DNA of 64,000 nucleotides from Octopus bimaculoides (taxonomy: Eukaryota): the NCBI RefSeq assembly GCF_001194135.2, contig NC_068986.1, positions 114,195,299 to 114,259,298 on the forward strand, in the 5' to 3' direction. The notes beneath the pieces are model-generated. The model made no database searches, was not told where the DNA came from, and saw nothing but the letters and a program-made list of their open reading frames with translations. This document shows, in pieces, positions 48,169 to 62,729 of this stretch; positions within the stretch are counted from its first letter, which is position 1; every line of letters starts with the position of its first letter. A program made the position numbers and the translations under genes.

Positions 48169-49925
48169 GATTATATACATAACCATACACACATACACAT
48201 GTGTGTGTATGGTTATGTAAATATATGTTTACTCTTGTGTGACTTGCCCATTAATTACTCCCCCTTCCTTCGTCTTCCGCCTCTTCCTGCCTCCCTTCTA
48301 GCACCTCTCTGTGTATCACTCTCTCTCTCTCTCGTTTTCTCTTTCTCTCTTCCTCCTTATCTATCTCCTCCCCTTCTTCCTCTCTCTCTCCTTCTTTGAC
48401 GGACAGTAAGTTCTTTGATTTAAGGAATCAGTGCTTTTATTATGACAACCATTATAGGGTTTCCTGTTCTCTTTATCTTCTTCTTCACTTCTTTCTCTCC
48501 TTCTCTACTCTATTAATTCTTTATTACCTTCCTCTTCGTCCCCCTCCTATTCCTACTCCTACTCAACAGTATCATCATCATCATCAACATCATAATCATC
48601 ATCGTCATCGTCATCATCATCAACTTCTTCTTATCCTCCTCCTCCTCCTCCTCCTTCTTCTTCATCTTTTTCTTCTTCTTCTTCATTCTTAAAGTATGAA
48701 ACTTGATTACGATAATTCCAGAGAGGTCGAGGCTGATGATGATGATGGTGACGACGAAGAAGAAGAAGAAGAAGAAGAAGAAGAAGAAGAAGAAGAAGAA
48801 GAAGAAGAAGANNNNNNNNNNNNNNNNNNNNNNNNNNNNNNNNNNNNNNNNNNNNNNNNNNNNNNNNNNNNNNNNNNNNNNNNNNNNNNNNNNNNNNNNN
48901 NNNNNNNNNNNNNNNNNNNNNNNNNNNNNNNNNNNNNNNNNNNNNNNNNNNNNNNNNNNNNNNNNNNNNNNNNNNNNNNNNNNNNNNNNNNNNNNNNNNN
49001 NNNNNNNNNNNNNNNNNNNNNNNNNNNNNNNNNNNNNNNNNNNNNNNNNNNNNNNNNNNNNNNNNNNNNNNNNNNNNNNNNNNNNNNNNNNNNNNNNNNN
49101 NNNNNNNNNNNNNNNNNNNNNNNNNNNNNNNNNNNNNNNNNNNNNNNNNNNNNNNNNNNNNNNNNNNNNNNNNNNNNNNNNNNNNNNNNNNNNNNNNNNN
49201 NNNNNNNNNNNNNNNNNNNNNNNNNNNNNNNNNNNNNNNNNNNNNNNNNNNNNNNNNNNNNNNNNNNNNNNNNNNNNNNNNNNNNNNNNNNNNNNNNNNN
49301 NNNNNNNNNNNNNNNNNNNNNNNNNNNNNNNNNNNNNNNNNNNNNNNNNNNNNNNNNNNNNNNNNNNNNNNNNNNNNNNNNNNNNNNNNNNNNNNNNNNN
49401 NNNNNNNNNNNNNNNNNNNNNNNNNNNNNNNNNNNNNNNNNNNNNNNNNNNNNNNNNNNNNNNNNNNNNNNNNNNNNNNNNNNNNNNNNNNNNNNNNNNN
49501 NNNNNNNNNNNNNNNNNNNNNNNNNNNNNNNNNNNNNNNNNNNNNNNNNNNNNNNNNNNNNNNNNNNNNNNNNNNNNNNNNNNNNNNNNNNNNNNNNNNN
49601 NNNNNNNNNNNNNNNNNNNNNNNNNNNNNNNNNNNNNNNNNNNNNNNNNNNNNNNNNNNNNNNNNNNNNNNNNNNNNNNNNNNNNNNNNNNNNNNNNNNN
49701 NNNNNNNNNNNNNNNNNNNNNAACAAGACAGGAAAACAAACAGAAGGCTTTACGGCCAGACGAGAAAAATTATGTGTGTATGAACGCGATGAGGCACGGA
49801 ACCGAGAGAGACAAAGTGGTAGCGTGTGTTACTTGGCGAAAGCCAAGGAAGGAAAGGATTATTGATATATATACATACATATAAATGCACCTACCCATCC
49901 CATATACATGTGGGAATATGCGTGT

Positions 49926-49972
<47 letters not shown>

Positions 49973-50239
49973 GTGTTATTAGTTAGAGACGCGTAAATGA
50001 AGATAAATTAAAATGTAGCAGAGTTGTCTCCGACATAAAAATTGATTTATTAACCTAATTACGAATGACTGGATTACGGTGAATCCGAAGCAAACGTTCA
50101 CTTGCGACGAACAGCAACAGTGAACTTAGCAGAATGAACGGGAAGGGACGAGTTTTCGTGTATGAATGAATGCCCGTCTTTTAATCCTTTACTACTTTCA
50201 GATATTGAGCATGTTAGGGCGCCACTTTGAAGACTTTTA

Positions 50240-51310
50240 GCAGAACACATCGACCCCAGTATTTATTTGGACCTGCTACTTATTCTATTGGTCTTTCTTG
50301 TCGAATCGCTAGGTTACGAAGCCGCGGGCGACAAACCAACAGCTGTTGTCAAACGGTAGGGGCAAACAAGCACAAGCAGAAAGTCACACACACACACACA
50401 CACAAGCAAACACACACAAACACAAACACACATACACAGGCACATCGACACACAAGCACACAGACACATAAAAAAAACACACGCATACATACATACATAC
50501 ATACATACATAAACACACACACATAAACACAAACACATACATACATACACACATACATACATACATACATACATACATACATACATACATACATACATAC
50601 ATACATACATACAAACAATCATATATAACAGAGTAGCATACTCTAAANNNNNNNNNNNNNNNNNNNNNNNNNNNNNNNNNNNNNNNNNNNNNNNNNNNNN
50701 NNNNNNNNNNNNNNNNNNNNNNNNNNNNNNNNNNNNNNNNNNNNNNNNNNNNNNNNNNNNNNNNNNNNNNNNNNNNNNNNNNNNNNNNNNNNNNNNNNNN
50801 NNNNNNNNNNNNNNNNNNNNNNNNNNNNNNNNNNNNNNNNNNNNNNNNNNNNNNNNNNNNNNNNNNNNNNNNNNNNNNNNNNNNNNNNNNNNNNNNNNNN
50901 NNNNNNNNNNNNNNNNNACAGACACATAAAAAAAACACACGCATACATACATACATACATACATACATAAACACACACACATAAACACAAACACATACAT
51001 ACATACACACATACATACATACATACATACATACATACATACATACATACAAACAATCATATATAACAGAGTAGCATACTCTAAAAAGACCTTGGTACAG
51101 GCATTTCGTTTGCATCCAGCATATACACAGCTTCTGTAAATGTATGGATTTACCTACTCCATTTCCTACACCTGCCTATCTATTTATATATACGACGGGC
51201 TTCCCTACAGTTTTTCCGCCTGCCAAATTCACAAGGCATTAGTCGACCCGGGGCTATAGTAAGAGACACTTGCCCGAGAGGCATTGCAATGTGACTAAAC
51301 CTGGAACTTT
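50240..51310 (-). mobile_element. Older SINE family B copy with expanded internal microsatellite and gap
   Basis: 3' half at 50240-50370 (ATCGACCCCAG...CGAATCGCTAGGTTACG); 5' half at 51190-51310 (ACGACGGGCTTCC...CACAAGGC...GGGCTATAGTA). Confidence 0.7.
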
Positions 51311-51339
51311 CTTAACCCAATACGCCTATAAAGCTAACT

Positions 51340-51430
51340 TCGACAGGATTTGAGCTGAGGGCGTAAAGAATCGGACGAAATGCTGCTAGGTATTTTGTAC
51401 GGCAGGCTAACGATTCTGTTAGTTCACCGC
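51340..51430 (-). mobile_element. Old SINE family A head
   Basis: GGATTTGAGCT...GGACGAAATGCTGCTAGGTATTTTGT...GCTAACGATTCTG matches family A reversed. Confidence 0.55.
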
Positions 51431-51717
51431 TCTATAGAAATTATTTCTAAAGTATATAATTAACTTCATTTGCAGAATTATATTGGCCATCATGTGCTGG
51501 TGTATAAAGTTAAATGAAATCAGGCAAAACATTTCTAGCGGAAAGTTTGCTAGGAAATGTATGTATACGTATGTAGGTATGTATGTGTATATGTTTGTAG
51601 GTATGTATGTGTATGTGTGTGCAGGTAGAACTAAATTAAAAGGTATAATGAATAAACACTCCAATCGGTCAAAACACCTTTATATCATTCCCAAATTATC
51701 AAAAATCGAATATAAAT

Positions 51718-51757
<40 letters not shown>

Positions 51758-53632
51758 TTATGTCTGCGTATGTGTATGCAAATATGTGTGTAGGTATCTA
51801 TGCGTATGTATGTGTGTGTAGATATGTGTATAGGTATGTATGTGTATGTGTGTGTAGATATGTACGTGTGTGTGTAGGTATGTATGAGTATGTGTAAGTA
51901 TGTATGTGTACGTGTATGTANNNNNNNNNNNNNNNNNNNNNNNNNNNNNNNNNNNNNNNNNNNNNNNNNNNNNNNNNNNNNNNNNNNNNNNNNNNNNNNN
52001 NNNNNNNNNNNNNNNNNNNNNNNNNNNNNNNNNNNNNNNNNNNNNNNNNNNNNNNNNNNNNNNNNNNNNNNNNNNNNNNNNNNNNNNNNNNNNNNNNNNN
52101 NNNNNNNNNNNNNNNNNNNNNNNNNNNNNNNNNNNNNNNNNNNNNNNNNNNNNNNNGTGTGTAGATATGTATGTGTATGTGGATGTAGCTATGTATGTGT
52201 ATGTAGGTATCTATGCGTACGTGCGTGAAGGTATGTATGTGTATGTGTGTGTAGGTATGTATGTGTATGTATGTGTAGGTATGTATGTATGTGTGTGTAG
52301 GTATGTATGCATAAGTGTGTGTAGCTATGTATGTGTATGTGTGCGTAGGCATGTATGTGTATGTGTGTGCAGGTATGTATGCGCATGTGTTTTCCCTGCC
52401 TTGTAAGTGTTTAAAATATTATTTTCGTTGGCCTCCGGCTCGGTTAACAGTGTTCTAAAGAAATTTTTCATCGGCTGCCTTGCTCTTTTTGACTTTTTTT
52501 TTATGCAACCACTCAATCTTTAAATTTTAAGACAGACTTGTATCGATATGAATCAATAAATATCTGTAGTGTAAATCTTTTGGTGCTACTGTCTTTCTTC
52601 TTTCCTCTAAAATTCAAATTCTGTCATATTTTTATCTCGAGCGGATTGGGACATATCTTCTGACTGTAATAATATTAATATTAATGGATATAAATCTGAA
52701 AGTGTATTTTGGATGTTATATCTGCAAATTCCTCATCAATGGTACCAGTGTACATCGATATCTTCCTCCCGTGTTTTCCTTACCTCAACGACATCACAAG
52801 AACAGCGGACGTTTCACAACGTAGCGCCGTCTTTCTAGTTATTTTATGAACCAAACCGATCAAATTGTAAAAACGTATGACACAAAATACCTTGCTGCAT
52901 TTGTTCAAGCTGTCTGCACTCTAAGATCCTACCTTTTGTCCTTTCGAGCTCTATAATGTACGACCGGTTCGAACAGATTGTCGGAATTGTTACAGCATCG
53001 GAGGGGGATGCTTTATGTTCTGAGCCCTTAGATGGTAAACTATTTGTCACCCAGTTCAACACCACTACCTGATCCTTAAGTGCCTTTATTCTGTTGCTAG
53101 TAGTCTAGACAGGTTTTCGGTTTGAGGATAACATCTTCCCCTCGATCCTCTTGTCTCAGACGCTTTAGATACGTAATATGTCATGAACACTGCTCTCCCA
53201 TACTCTCTTTCGTCTAATGGAAACCGGATGGAAGCCCATCAGAGGGATTATACCTGTAACGCAAACCTCATTTCGCTGATTCTGCCCAAGATTGTTATAT
53301 TAAAGGGACGTACGGCTGCGAAATACTCATCCTCTTTTACGCTAATTCGGATTATTCACTTGATCGAACAACTGAATATTCATCGGCAAAATCGACGGAG
53401 ATCCATTTACTAAGGAATTTCTACATTGTGTCAAGCAAAAGTGTGGTGGTCATGGCTGGAACACTTGATAAATGGTTTGCTAAATCATGGTTGACACAGG
53501 GCTACACAATAACGAGGACGACGATCACAACAACAACAACAGAAACAACAACAACAGCAAAACTAGTTTATTTCCAGAATTAATGTTAGGCTGAAATAAT
53601 CTCCTTGTCTGAACAGTAAAAGTATTGTTAAT

Positions 53633-53665
<33 letters not shown>

Positions 53666-53686
53666 ACCGACAGCAGCAGCAACAGC

Positions 53687-53741
<55 letters not shown>

Positions 53742-54187
53742 GGTGGTGGTGGTGGGATTGCAGAGTGTAGTGGGGGTGATGATGGTTTTGGTAATGTTGG
53801 TGGTTCCGATAATGACAATGGTAATGGTAGTGATGGTCATGATGGTGATGATGATGGTGGTGGTGGTGGAGATGAAGATGGAAGTGGCGATTGGCGACGG
53901 ATAAGGTTTTGGCGATGATGACCGTGGAAATTGTGGCGAAGGTAGTAATGGAGTTGGTCATGGTAATGGCTGTGGTGTTGGTGGAAGAGGTGGTGACGGT
54001 AACGGTGGTGATGTAGGATGCTGGTGGTAGCGATGCCGGTAGTGGTGGTAGTGGTAGCGGGGTGGTCTTCTAATAGTGCTGGTCTGTTGATAAAATATAT
54101 CAGAAGACCTCTGTGTTGTCGATGATGATGATGATGATGATGAGCCTCCCAGACCATATATGGAATGACTTTCCGCGAGTACAGTTT

Positions 54188-54251
<64 letters not shown>

Positions 54252-54356
54252 TCTGTGAGTGCCTGTTAGGTATGAGAGGGTGAGGGTGGACAAACAAATG
54301 TGTATTTAGAGATAAATAAAATGTTCTATATTCTAAAAATAGAATGTTTTCTTTGA

Positions 54357-54435
54357 TGGGTTGTTGTTTAGCTCCGGGTCACTCCTGATAAAGAAACCTA
54401 TGATCAAAGGCCTTCTAGCCATGACCATCCTACCT
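54357..54435 (-). mobile_element. Family D repeat tail
   Basis: TTGTTGTTTAGCTCCGGGTCA...TATGATCAAAGGCCTTCTAGCCATGACCATCC is the reverse of the tails at 30190-30265 and 53440-53520. Confidence 0.55.
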
Positions 54436-54489
54436 CCATTATTGTCGGGCGGTATCTAGAACGCCAACTAGTATTTAATGCGAGCTTAA

Positions 54490-54581
54490 GGCGGCGAGTT
54501 GGCAAAATCTTTAGCACGCCGGACAAAATGCTTAACGGCATTTCGTTTGTCTTTACGTTCAAATTCCGCCGAGGTCGACTA
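54490..54581 (+). mobile_element. SINE family A, 3'-truncated
   Basis: GGCGGCGAGTTGGCAAAA...TTCAAATTCCGCCGAGGTCGACT. Confidence 0.85.
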
Positions 54582-55394
54582 ATCTATTTTGGTTGGTTAC
54601 CAGCATTTAAAAAATTAGAGTTTATCGAAAATTTTTAAAATTTGACTCATTAATATATTTTTCCAAGCTGAATTGCTGGAGTTATCTCACTTCTTCTAGA
54701 AAAATGATTTAACAAATTTATTGAGGTTTAGAGTTTGATCATTTTCATTCACCCAGTCAGGAAACAGGATTGGGAAATTGTCATTTTGTGCGTGACTGCA
54801 CATTTTGTCAACATCCTGAGAATAGCACGTGTTATCGAGAAAGTGTAAAGAACACGTCTTTTGTAGTTTTAGGCATTGCGATAGCACGAACTTAAAAGAT
54901 TTGTCCAAAAACGTTATTTAGGTGTTATTTTTAGCACACTTCACGCTTACCTCAAAAGCAACAAGAAACGATTAAACAACACATATTTTGCAGTTTTAAG
55001 CATTCAATATGCGTTTAATGCAATAAGGTTTATCTGAAAACAAAACAACAGCACATTACAAGTTAAATATTTAAAAAAAAAAAACATTTTCTTGGCTAGT
55101 TCATAAATTCACATGCTCAATTGTCAACAGACTGGTAAAACAAGTGGTTTTCAATATATTTGTCAACACGTGCTTTGATGCAGACAAACAAGTTCTCATG
55201 TTCCGCTTGTTACTATAGCAACAGGCATGAATATGCCTGTGGCTTATGATTGGCTAACATTACCTAAAATTCTGAAGCTTTAATTGCTAATAACTCTTTA
55301 TTTATTGATTTATAGCGAAAATGATTTTCACGTCCTCCATCAGCCAATAAAAATGCATCATTGCAGTGAATATGAAATCAATTCGAACAGTGGC

Positions 55395-55545
55395 AGCCAA
55401 ACCGAGTAGATCCACTTTGCCCTTCATCTTTTCGGAGTCGATAAAATAAGTACCATTTAAGTACTATTAAGTACCATTTGTGTACCAATGAGGGTCGACG
55501 TGATCGACTTAACCTCTGTCCCGAACTTGCTTGGCCGTGTAGAAA
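55395..55545 (+). mobile_element. SINE family A, 3' half
   Basis: ACTTTGCCCTTCATCTTTTCGGAGTCGATAAAATAAGTACC...GGGTCGACGTGATCGACT. Confidence 0.6.
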
Positions 55546-55892
55546 AATTATTATTGTATCAACTCATTGAAACCAACATTCTATACGGTGATCTAATCTG
55601 CTAGAAATAGATGTGAAATCTCACTCATATCAGCCGACCATTTTAGTAAAGGATTGTCACATTTGGAACATCTTTGGCGGACTTTTCCATAGAAGTAATC
55701 AACGAAACAAAAACAATTAGTCATTATTGCCAAAACGCTATGCTGTGGCCTCCTTCGATGGCTGTCATTTGACAGAGTCGTTAGGGCGTCGGATAAAATG
55801 CCTTCCGGTATCCTTTCTGCCTTTTAAGTATTCCGAGTTCAAATCCTACATTTCTCTCTCTCCCTCCCTCCCTCCTCTTTCTCTCCCTTCTT

Positions 55893-55956
<64 letters not shown>

Positions 55957-56391
55957 CAGGCCTGAAGATTAATGGTTGGCTGAGTCAAGCCCAATTCACG
56001 CCGCATATCACACAACGTTTCTATGAGTCCGTCTGATGTTCAGGGCCCCAACAACACCATGGCTTTTCACACACAATACTAAATATTTACTAAACCAATT
56101 TTGTCAAATCCCCGATTCATTATTGCATAAATGATAATAAGTTTGTGTATTATAAACTATAACTTTACATCTAAAGAACGCTCTGATCCAATTGATCCAA
56201 TGTCTTTACACATCCCGGAACTTATTGTAGATATGAGTATTTTAAATAAACACTTAAATATAATGATAATTTGGTAGAAATAAGTTCGTAAATATGTACT
56301 CGATAGATATGTTTAATAATATACAAATATTATATCTATACGTATTCTATATTACTGCACCTTTAAATATTGTATACATGTATGTATATGT

Positions 56392-56678
56392 GCGCATGGC
56401 TTAGTAGTTAAGGTGTTGTGAGATCGTGGGTTCGATTCCCAGACCGGGCGTTGCGTTGTGCTCTTGAACAAAGCACTTCATTTCACGTTGCTCTGTGATC
56501 ATTTCGACATCTGACATGTGGCAGCCAGTTGCACTTGTACAGGTAATGTCGATCTGATGGAGGAAGTGTGCTTATGTGAACACAAACATTTGATCACTGT
56601 AAACAAATCAAATGTGTGGATGTTCGTTAAGAAATTGTCGAACTCTCATGCGTCGTCTAACGACGGAAGAGTTCACCA
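56392..56678 (+). mobile_element. tRNA-derived SINE (CORE-like centre, distinct tail)
   Basis: GCGCATGGCTTAGTAGTTAAGG...GGGTTCGATTCCCAGACCGGGCG head, then GTTGTGCTCTTGAACAAAGCACTTCATTTCAC, which is shared with 59066. Confidence 0.75.
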
Positions 56679-56699
56679 TGTGCATATAGACATATAGAT

Positions 56700-56732
<33 letters not shown>

Positions 56733-56738
56733 TGTGTG

Positions 56739-56816
<78 letters not shown>

Positions 56817-56819
56817 CTC

Positions 56820-57200
56820 CAGATGAGATTAATAGTGCAGCTCTCAATATTATTCTGTAAAGATGTGATTAATAGCGTATATACAACATTGTAAAAATAA
56901 ACTCTCTGAAGAAGAGACGAATATTTTTAGCTATAATCATATACCCTACAGTTTACGCTAATAGTGCAGATATAAACATCGTAAATAGATTTACACTGTA
57001 TAGATATCGTTAATATTGTAGCGATTAGCCACACATGCCTTCGTACATAGCGTAAATTTATGCACCCCATAGATATCTTATACACATGCGGTTAATATTG
57101 TAGCTGTAAATACGGTAACTAAACGCTGTAGATGTGATTAATGGAGCAGATATAAAAATACGTTAATGTTAATACTTCACATAAAGATACTATAAATATA
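56820..57200. repeat. Degenerate part of an about 47-bp AT-rich minisatellite
   Basis: Recurring AGATGTGATTAATAG(C/T)G...GATATAAA...GTAAA motifs, same family as 58357-58575. Confidence 0.65.
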
Positions 57201-57218
57201 CGGGGAGCAGGTTGGGTA

Positions 57219-57826
57219 TTCTCTTATTCTCTTACTTGTTTCAGTCAATTGACTGCGGCCATGCTGGAGCACCGCCTTTAGTCGAGCAAATCGACCCCAG
57301 GACTTATTCTTCGTAAGCCTATTACTTATTGTATCGGCGTCCCTTGCCGAATCGCTAATTTACGGGGGATGTAAACACACCAGCATCGGTTGTCAAGAGA
57401 TGTTGGGGTGACAAACACAGACAAACAAACATATATACACACATACACACATACATATATATACATATATATATATTTATATATATTCATATATGGCAAA
57501 AAGAAAATGGAGGGAATCCAGAGGTAGTATTCATCAGCTGTTAGACATTATATTATGTGTATTTATTTATTTAAAACAGTCCTGATAACATATACACATG
57601 TGTAAAGTACCAGTAATTTCTCAACACTTGTGCATTAATAATTGGGTATTCAACCAGCAGTATATTGGATAGTTGGTTGAATTCACAACCTCTAACTCTC
57701 TTAGAATTAAAGTATATATATATATATATATATACGACGGGCTTCTTTCAGTTTCCGTCTACTAAATCCACTCACAAGGCTTTGGTCGGCCCGAGGCTAT
57801 AGTAGAAGACACTTACCCAAGGTGCT
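57219..57826 (-). mobile_element. SINE family B, head truncated, with about 230 bp inserted in its internal (TA)n
   Basis: Halves align with 8201 and 26131; extra unique sequence at about 57490-57712. Confidence 0.9.
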
Positions 57827-58261
57827 AACACTATTCGGTTTGTCCAGGAATGTTGATTCGCTTTAGATTTGTTACATGCAAGTCATCCAAAAGGTGGGTC
57901 ATGTTGTGCTTCATAAATATTCCACCATCACCAACAACAACAACAACACCATCACCACAACCAGCCGCCACCAAATATGAAATAAACAAATATAGAAAGC
58001 AAGGTGAACCGCTCTGACACATTTATTTTCAGGAAAAATATGTTGTCCCTTTCCAAAATATTATACAAATTTATATAATTACTCGAAATATATGATTTTT
58101 CTAATGAGAAAATTTTCCATTACAATCATGGTGCTTGCGGGCATACAATATTCATAGTCTTTCTGTGAACAGTCAGAAAGAATACATTTTGGCAAAAGTT
58201 GTAGCATCAGCAAATACAACTGTGGCTTAATAGTTTAAACGAACATACATACATACATACA

Positions 58262-58294
<33 letters not shown>

Positions 58295-58356
58295 GCATAT
58301 ATACATACATGCATATATACATTCACTTTATTTACTAAGTTATAAACTGCAAAGAG

Positions 58357-58575
58357 GCGGTTAATATTGTAGGAATTAAATATTGTAAATATTTACTTTA
58401 TAGATGTGGCTAATAGTGTGTATATAAATATAGTAAATATACACTCTATAGATGTGGTTAACTGTGTAGATATAAATATTGTAAATATTTAGTTTATAGA
58501 TGTTTAATAGCGTAGATATAAATATTGTAAATATACACACTATAGATGAGGTTAATGTAGATATAAATATTGAAA
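58357..58575. repeat. About 47-bp minisatellite (TATAGATGTGGTTAATAGCGTAGATATAAATATTGTAAATATACACTC-like, about 4.5 units)
   Basis: Directly visible periodicity. Confidence 0.85.
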
Positions 58576-59065
58576 ACATACGCCCAAAAGATGAAGTTAT
58601 TAATCCAGACTATTATACTCTTGACAATTAGTGATTTTCCTCTCACACTTCGATTTGTACCAATCGACTCGGTGTTGACTATTATTGGTTGGTATGATTA
58701 TTGAGTACCATGTTGTTCTATGCTGTTATTATTGTTGTTGTTGTTGTTGTTTTAAGTCGCAATAGCTACGTCACATTGAATAAAAACGTTAATTCATAAT
58801 AACGCTTTCGACTTCAAATTATAAATCTATTCAAAGGCTAAACTATAGAAAGTCATATTCTGCTTATAAGTATTGATACTTATAAACCATTTATTCAATA
58901 ATTACTTCATTACTTTCTGTATTTCCAATTATTGTGCAGGCGCATCTTATTGGTTATGGTTCTTCGTCTCGTTGTCACCAATCATTGTCTTCAGTTCCAG
59001 GAACAGGGCGTCATATTCTTCAGCAACCTATTCTTTCATTGCACTTAACTCAAGTCTGCTCGCGA

Positions 59066-59315
59066 AAGCGTATGGCCCAGTGGTTGGCCCATTGCACTCG
59101 CGATCAAGCTATCATGGTTTCGGTTCCGGGACCGAGCGGTGCGCTGTGTTCTTGAGCAAAACACTTTATTTCACGTTGATCCACCCCATTCAGCTGCAAA
59201 TAGGTTCCGGAAATAGTTGACCCTGCGACGGACCGGGGATGCTCCAACCTCAGTCACTCATACGCCCCGAAAACCGGATTAAACCCCGATCGTATACGTC
59301 CTAAAAGTCATGGCA
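59066..59315 (+). mobile_element. tRNA-derived SINE with CORE-like centre and V-like tail
   Basis: GCGTATGGCCCAGTGGTT head; TGTGTTCTTGAGCAAAACACTTTATTTCAC centre; CCCTGCGACGGACCGG...ATACGCC..GAAAACCGG tail similar to 4428. Confidence 0.75.
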
Positions 59316-60023
59316 GACCCGAGTGAGCGATTTTGTTTGGTTTTTATGGAAACCTGGTCTCTCTCCCTCCAGCTGTGAATCCACAACACTCAGAAAGGAG
59401 GAGGAGGGGGNNNNNNNNNNNNNNNNNNNNNNNNNNNNNNNNNNNNNNNNNNNNNNNNNNNNNNNNNNNNNNNNNNNNNNNNNNNNNNNNNNNNNNNNNN
59501 NNNNNNNNNNNNNNNNNNNNNNNNNNNNNNNNNNNGGAGGAGGAGGAGGAGGAGGAGAGTGTGTCCGTCTATTCGTGAGTGCGGACAAACGAAGACATGA
59601 TACATGTTACCGAGACATACTCGCTCGCAATTTAGTGTTTCTATTTGAACGAAAAAGCACCGCGAATAAACAAACCTTCAGGAACTGCGATGTTTGGTCG
59701 GAATTTGAGAGTAATTTCGCTTCTCTTTCAAACAAGTTGAGTGACTGTGCAGAAGCTCCCACATTAGATCGGTGCTACTTAAGAAAGACTCATTCAATAA
59801 CAACAGCTGTAACATGCCAGATATGCGAGGTATAACAATCAAACTTGGTTAGGAACCTTCAGATATAAACGCAGGAACCAGGTGCATAATATTAAACTCT
59901 TATACAGACACACGCATACATCCTTACCCGCATGTACGCATACACACATGCGCCAATACACGCTCACACATATACATATATATGCACACATACGCACAAA
60001 TACACACACACACATATATTGTG

Positions 60024-60100
<77 letters not shown>

Positions 60101-60759
60101 CGACAGCCATTTGTGAACATTTATGTCAGATTGGAATCTGCCAAGTCGATGGTGTGGATATGACTAAAGAAATGAGAAAGTTAAAATCTAAAGCATGACC
60201 CGTAACATTGTTTGGTCGTCTTTCATTTAGGAAAAGCTAAGTTTTCTTCCAACACGCCCGACGCACCCTATACGCACGCGCGCGTTATGTACAGCTTAAA
60301 TCTATCTTTCTGTTTATATAAGTGTGGGTGTGTGTGTTTTGGTGGTGGGGGAGATAGATTGATAGATAGGTAGGCAGATAGATGGATGGATGCACGGCTG
60401 GATGGATGGATGGATGGATGAGTGTATAGAGAGGCACACACACACACGCATTTATATGTGTGTGTGTGTGAGTGTTCGCGCGCGAGCATGTTTAAATAAA
60501 TGCATGTATTGATAGATAAATGAATGGACGGATGCTATATATCTCTGGTTGTGTATTTATGTATTTACATATATGCATGCATGTCTGTGTGTATGTGCGC
60601 ATGTGTAAGAGTGCGCAGGGAAAGTGAGAGAGTAAGAGAGGTGGGGGCGGAGGAAGATAACTCAGAGAGGTAGGAAAACATTTTGATTGTTGCATTTTGG
60701 GGATAAAAATACATAAACTAAAAATATATAAGCGAATAACGATGGAGCTGCTATTTAGG

Positions 60760-62225
<1,466 letters not shown>

Positions 62226-62729
62226 CAAACTTATCAATTAAGAGCAGAAAAATCAATAAGACAACTATAAGACAACTAAAACAACAAAATATGACGTTTT
62301 TCAATGTTTTGCTAACCTGAACGAGGCTCACTAAGATGAATATTTTTATGTATATTCCGATTAGTGGAATCGATAGAGTATCGGAGAAAAACGCAAGCTG
62401 TATTCTTGTTACGGTCCTCTCTGTGTTCTAATTTCAAATTCTGCTGCAATTGCTGTTTATCATTGTGTGATCGATGAAATAAAATACCAGTGAAATGCTG
62501 GGTTATAATCAAGTCATCTATTCAACCTGCCCACATTTGTGCTTTTGGGGAATAAATATTTATATTTTATTGGCTCTTATTGTTTGGGTCCGTTCAGTGC
62601 CCAACTCTATTTTCTAACTAGAAATCTTTTATGTCTAAACTAACGATAAGAATCTGATACAATGAGTCACCGATGCATATTGTTGTTGTTATGATTGGAG
62701 TATTATTACTGCTCTTGATATTGGTGTGT

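Noticed and set aside
52795-52845. GAAACGTC with a hairpin, and a 51-nt exon-like segment with GAG|gtaagg donor
   Set aside because: The hammerhead core upstream does not match, the acceptor is weak and the peptide is unrecognised.
58939-59060. Good plus-strand acceptor with two open frames
   Set aside because: No convincing donor before it runs into the SINE at 59066.
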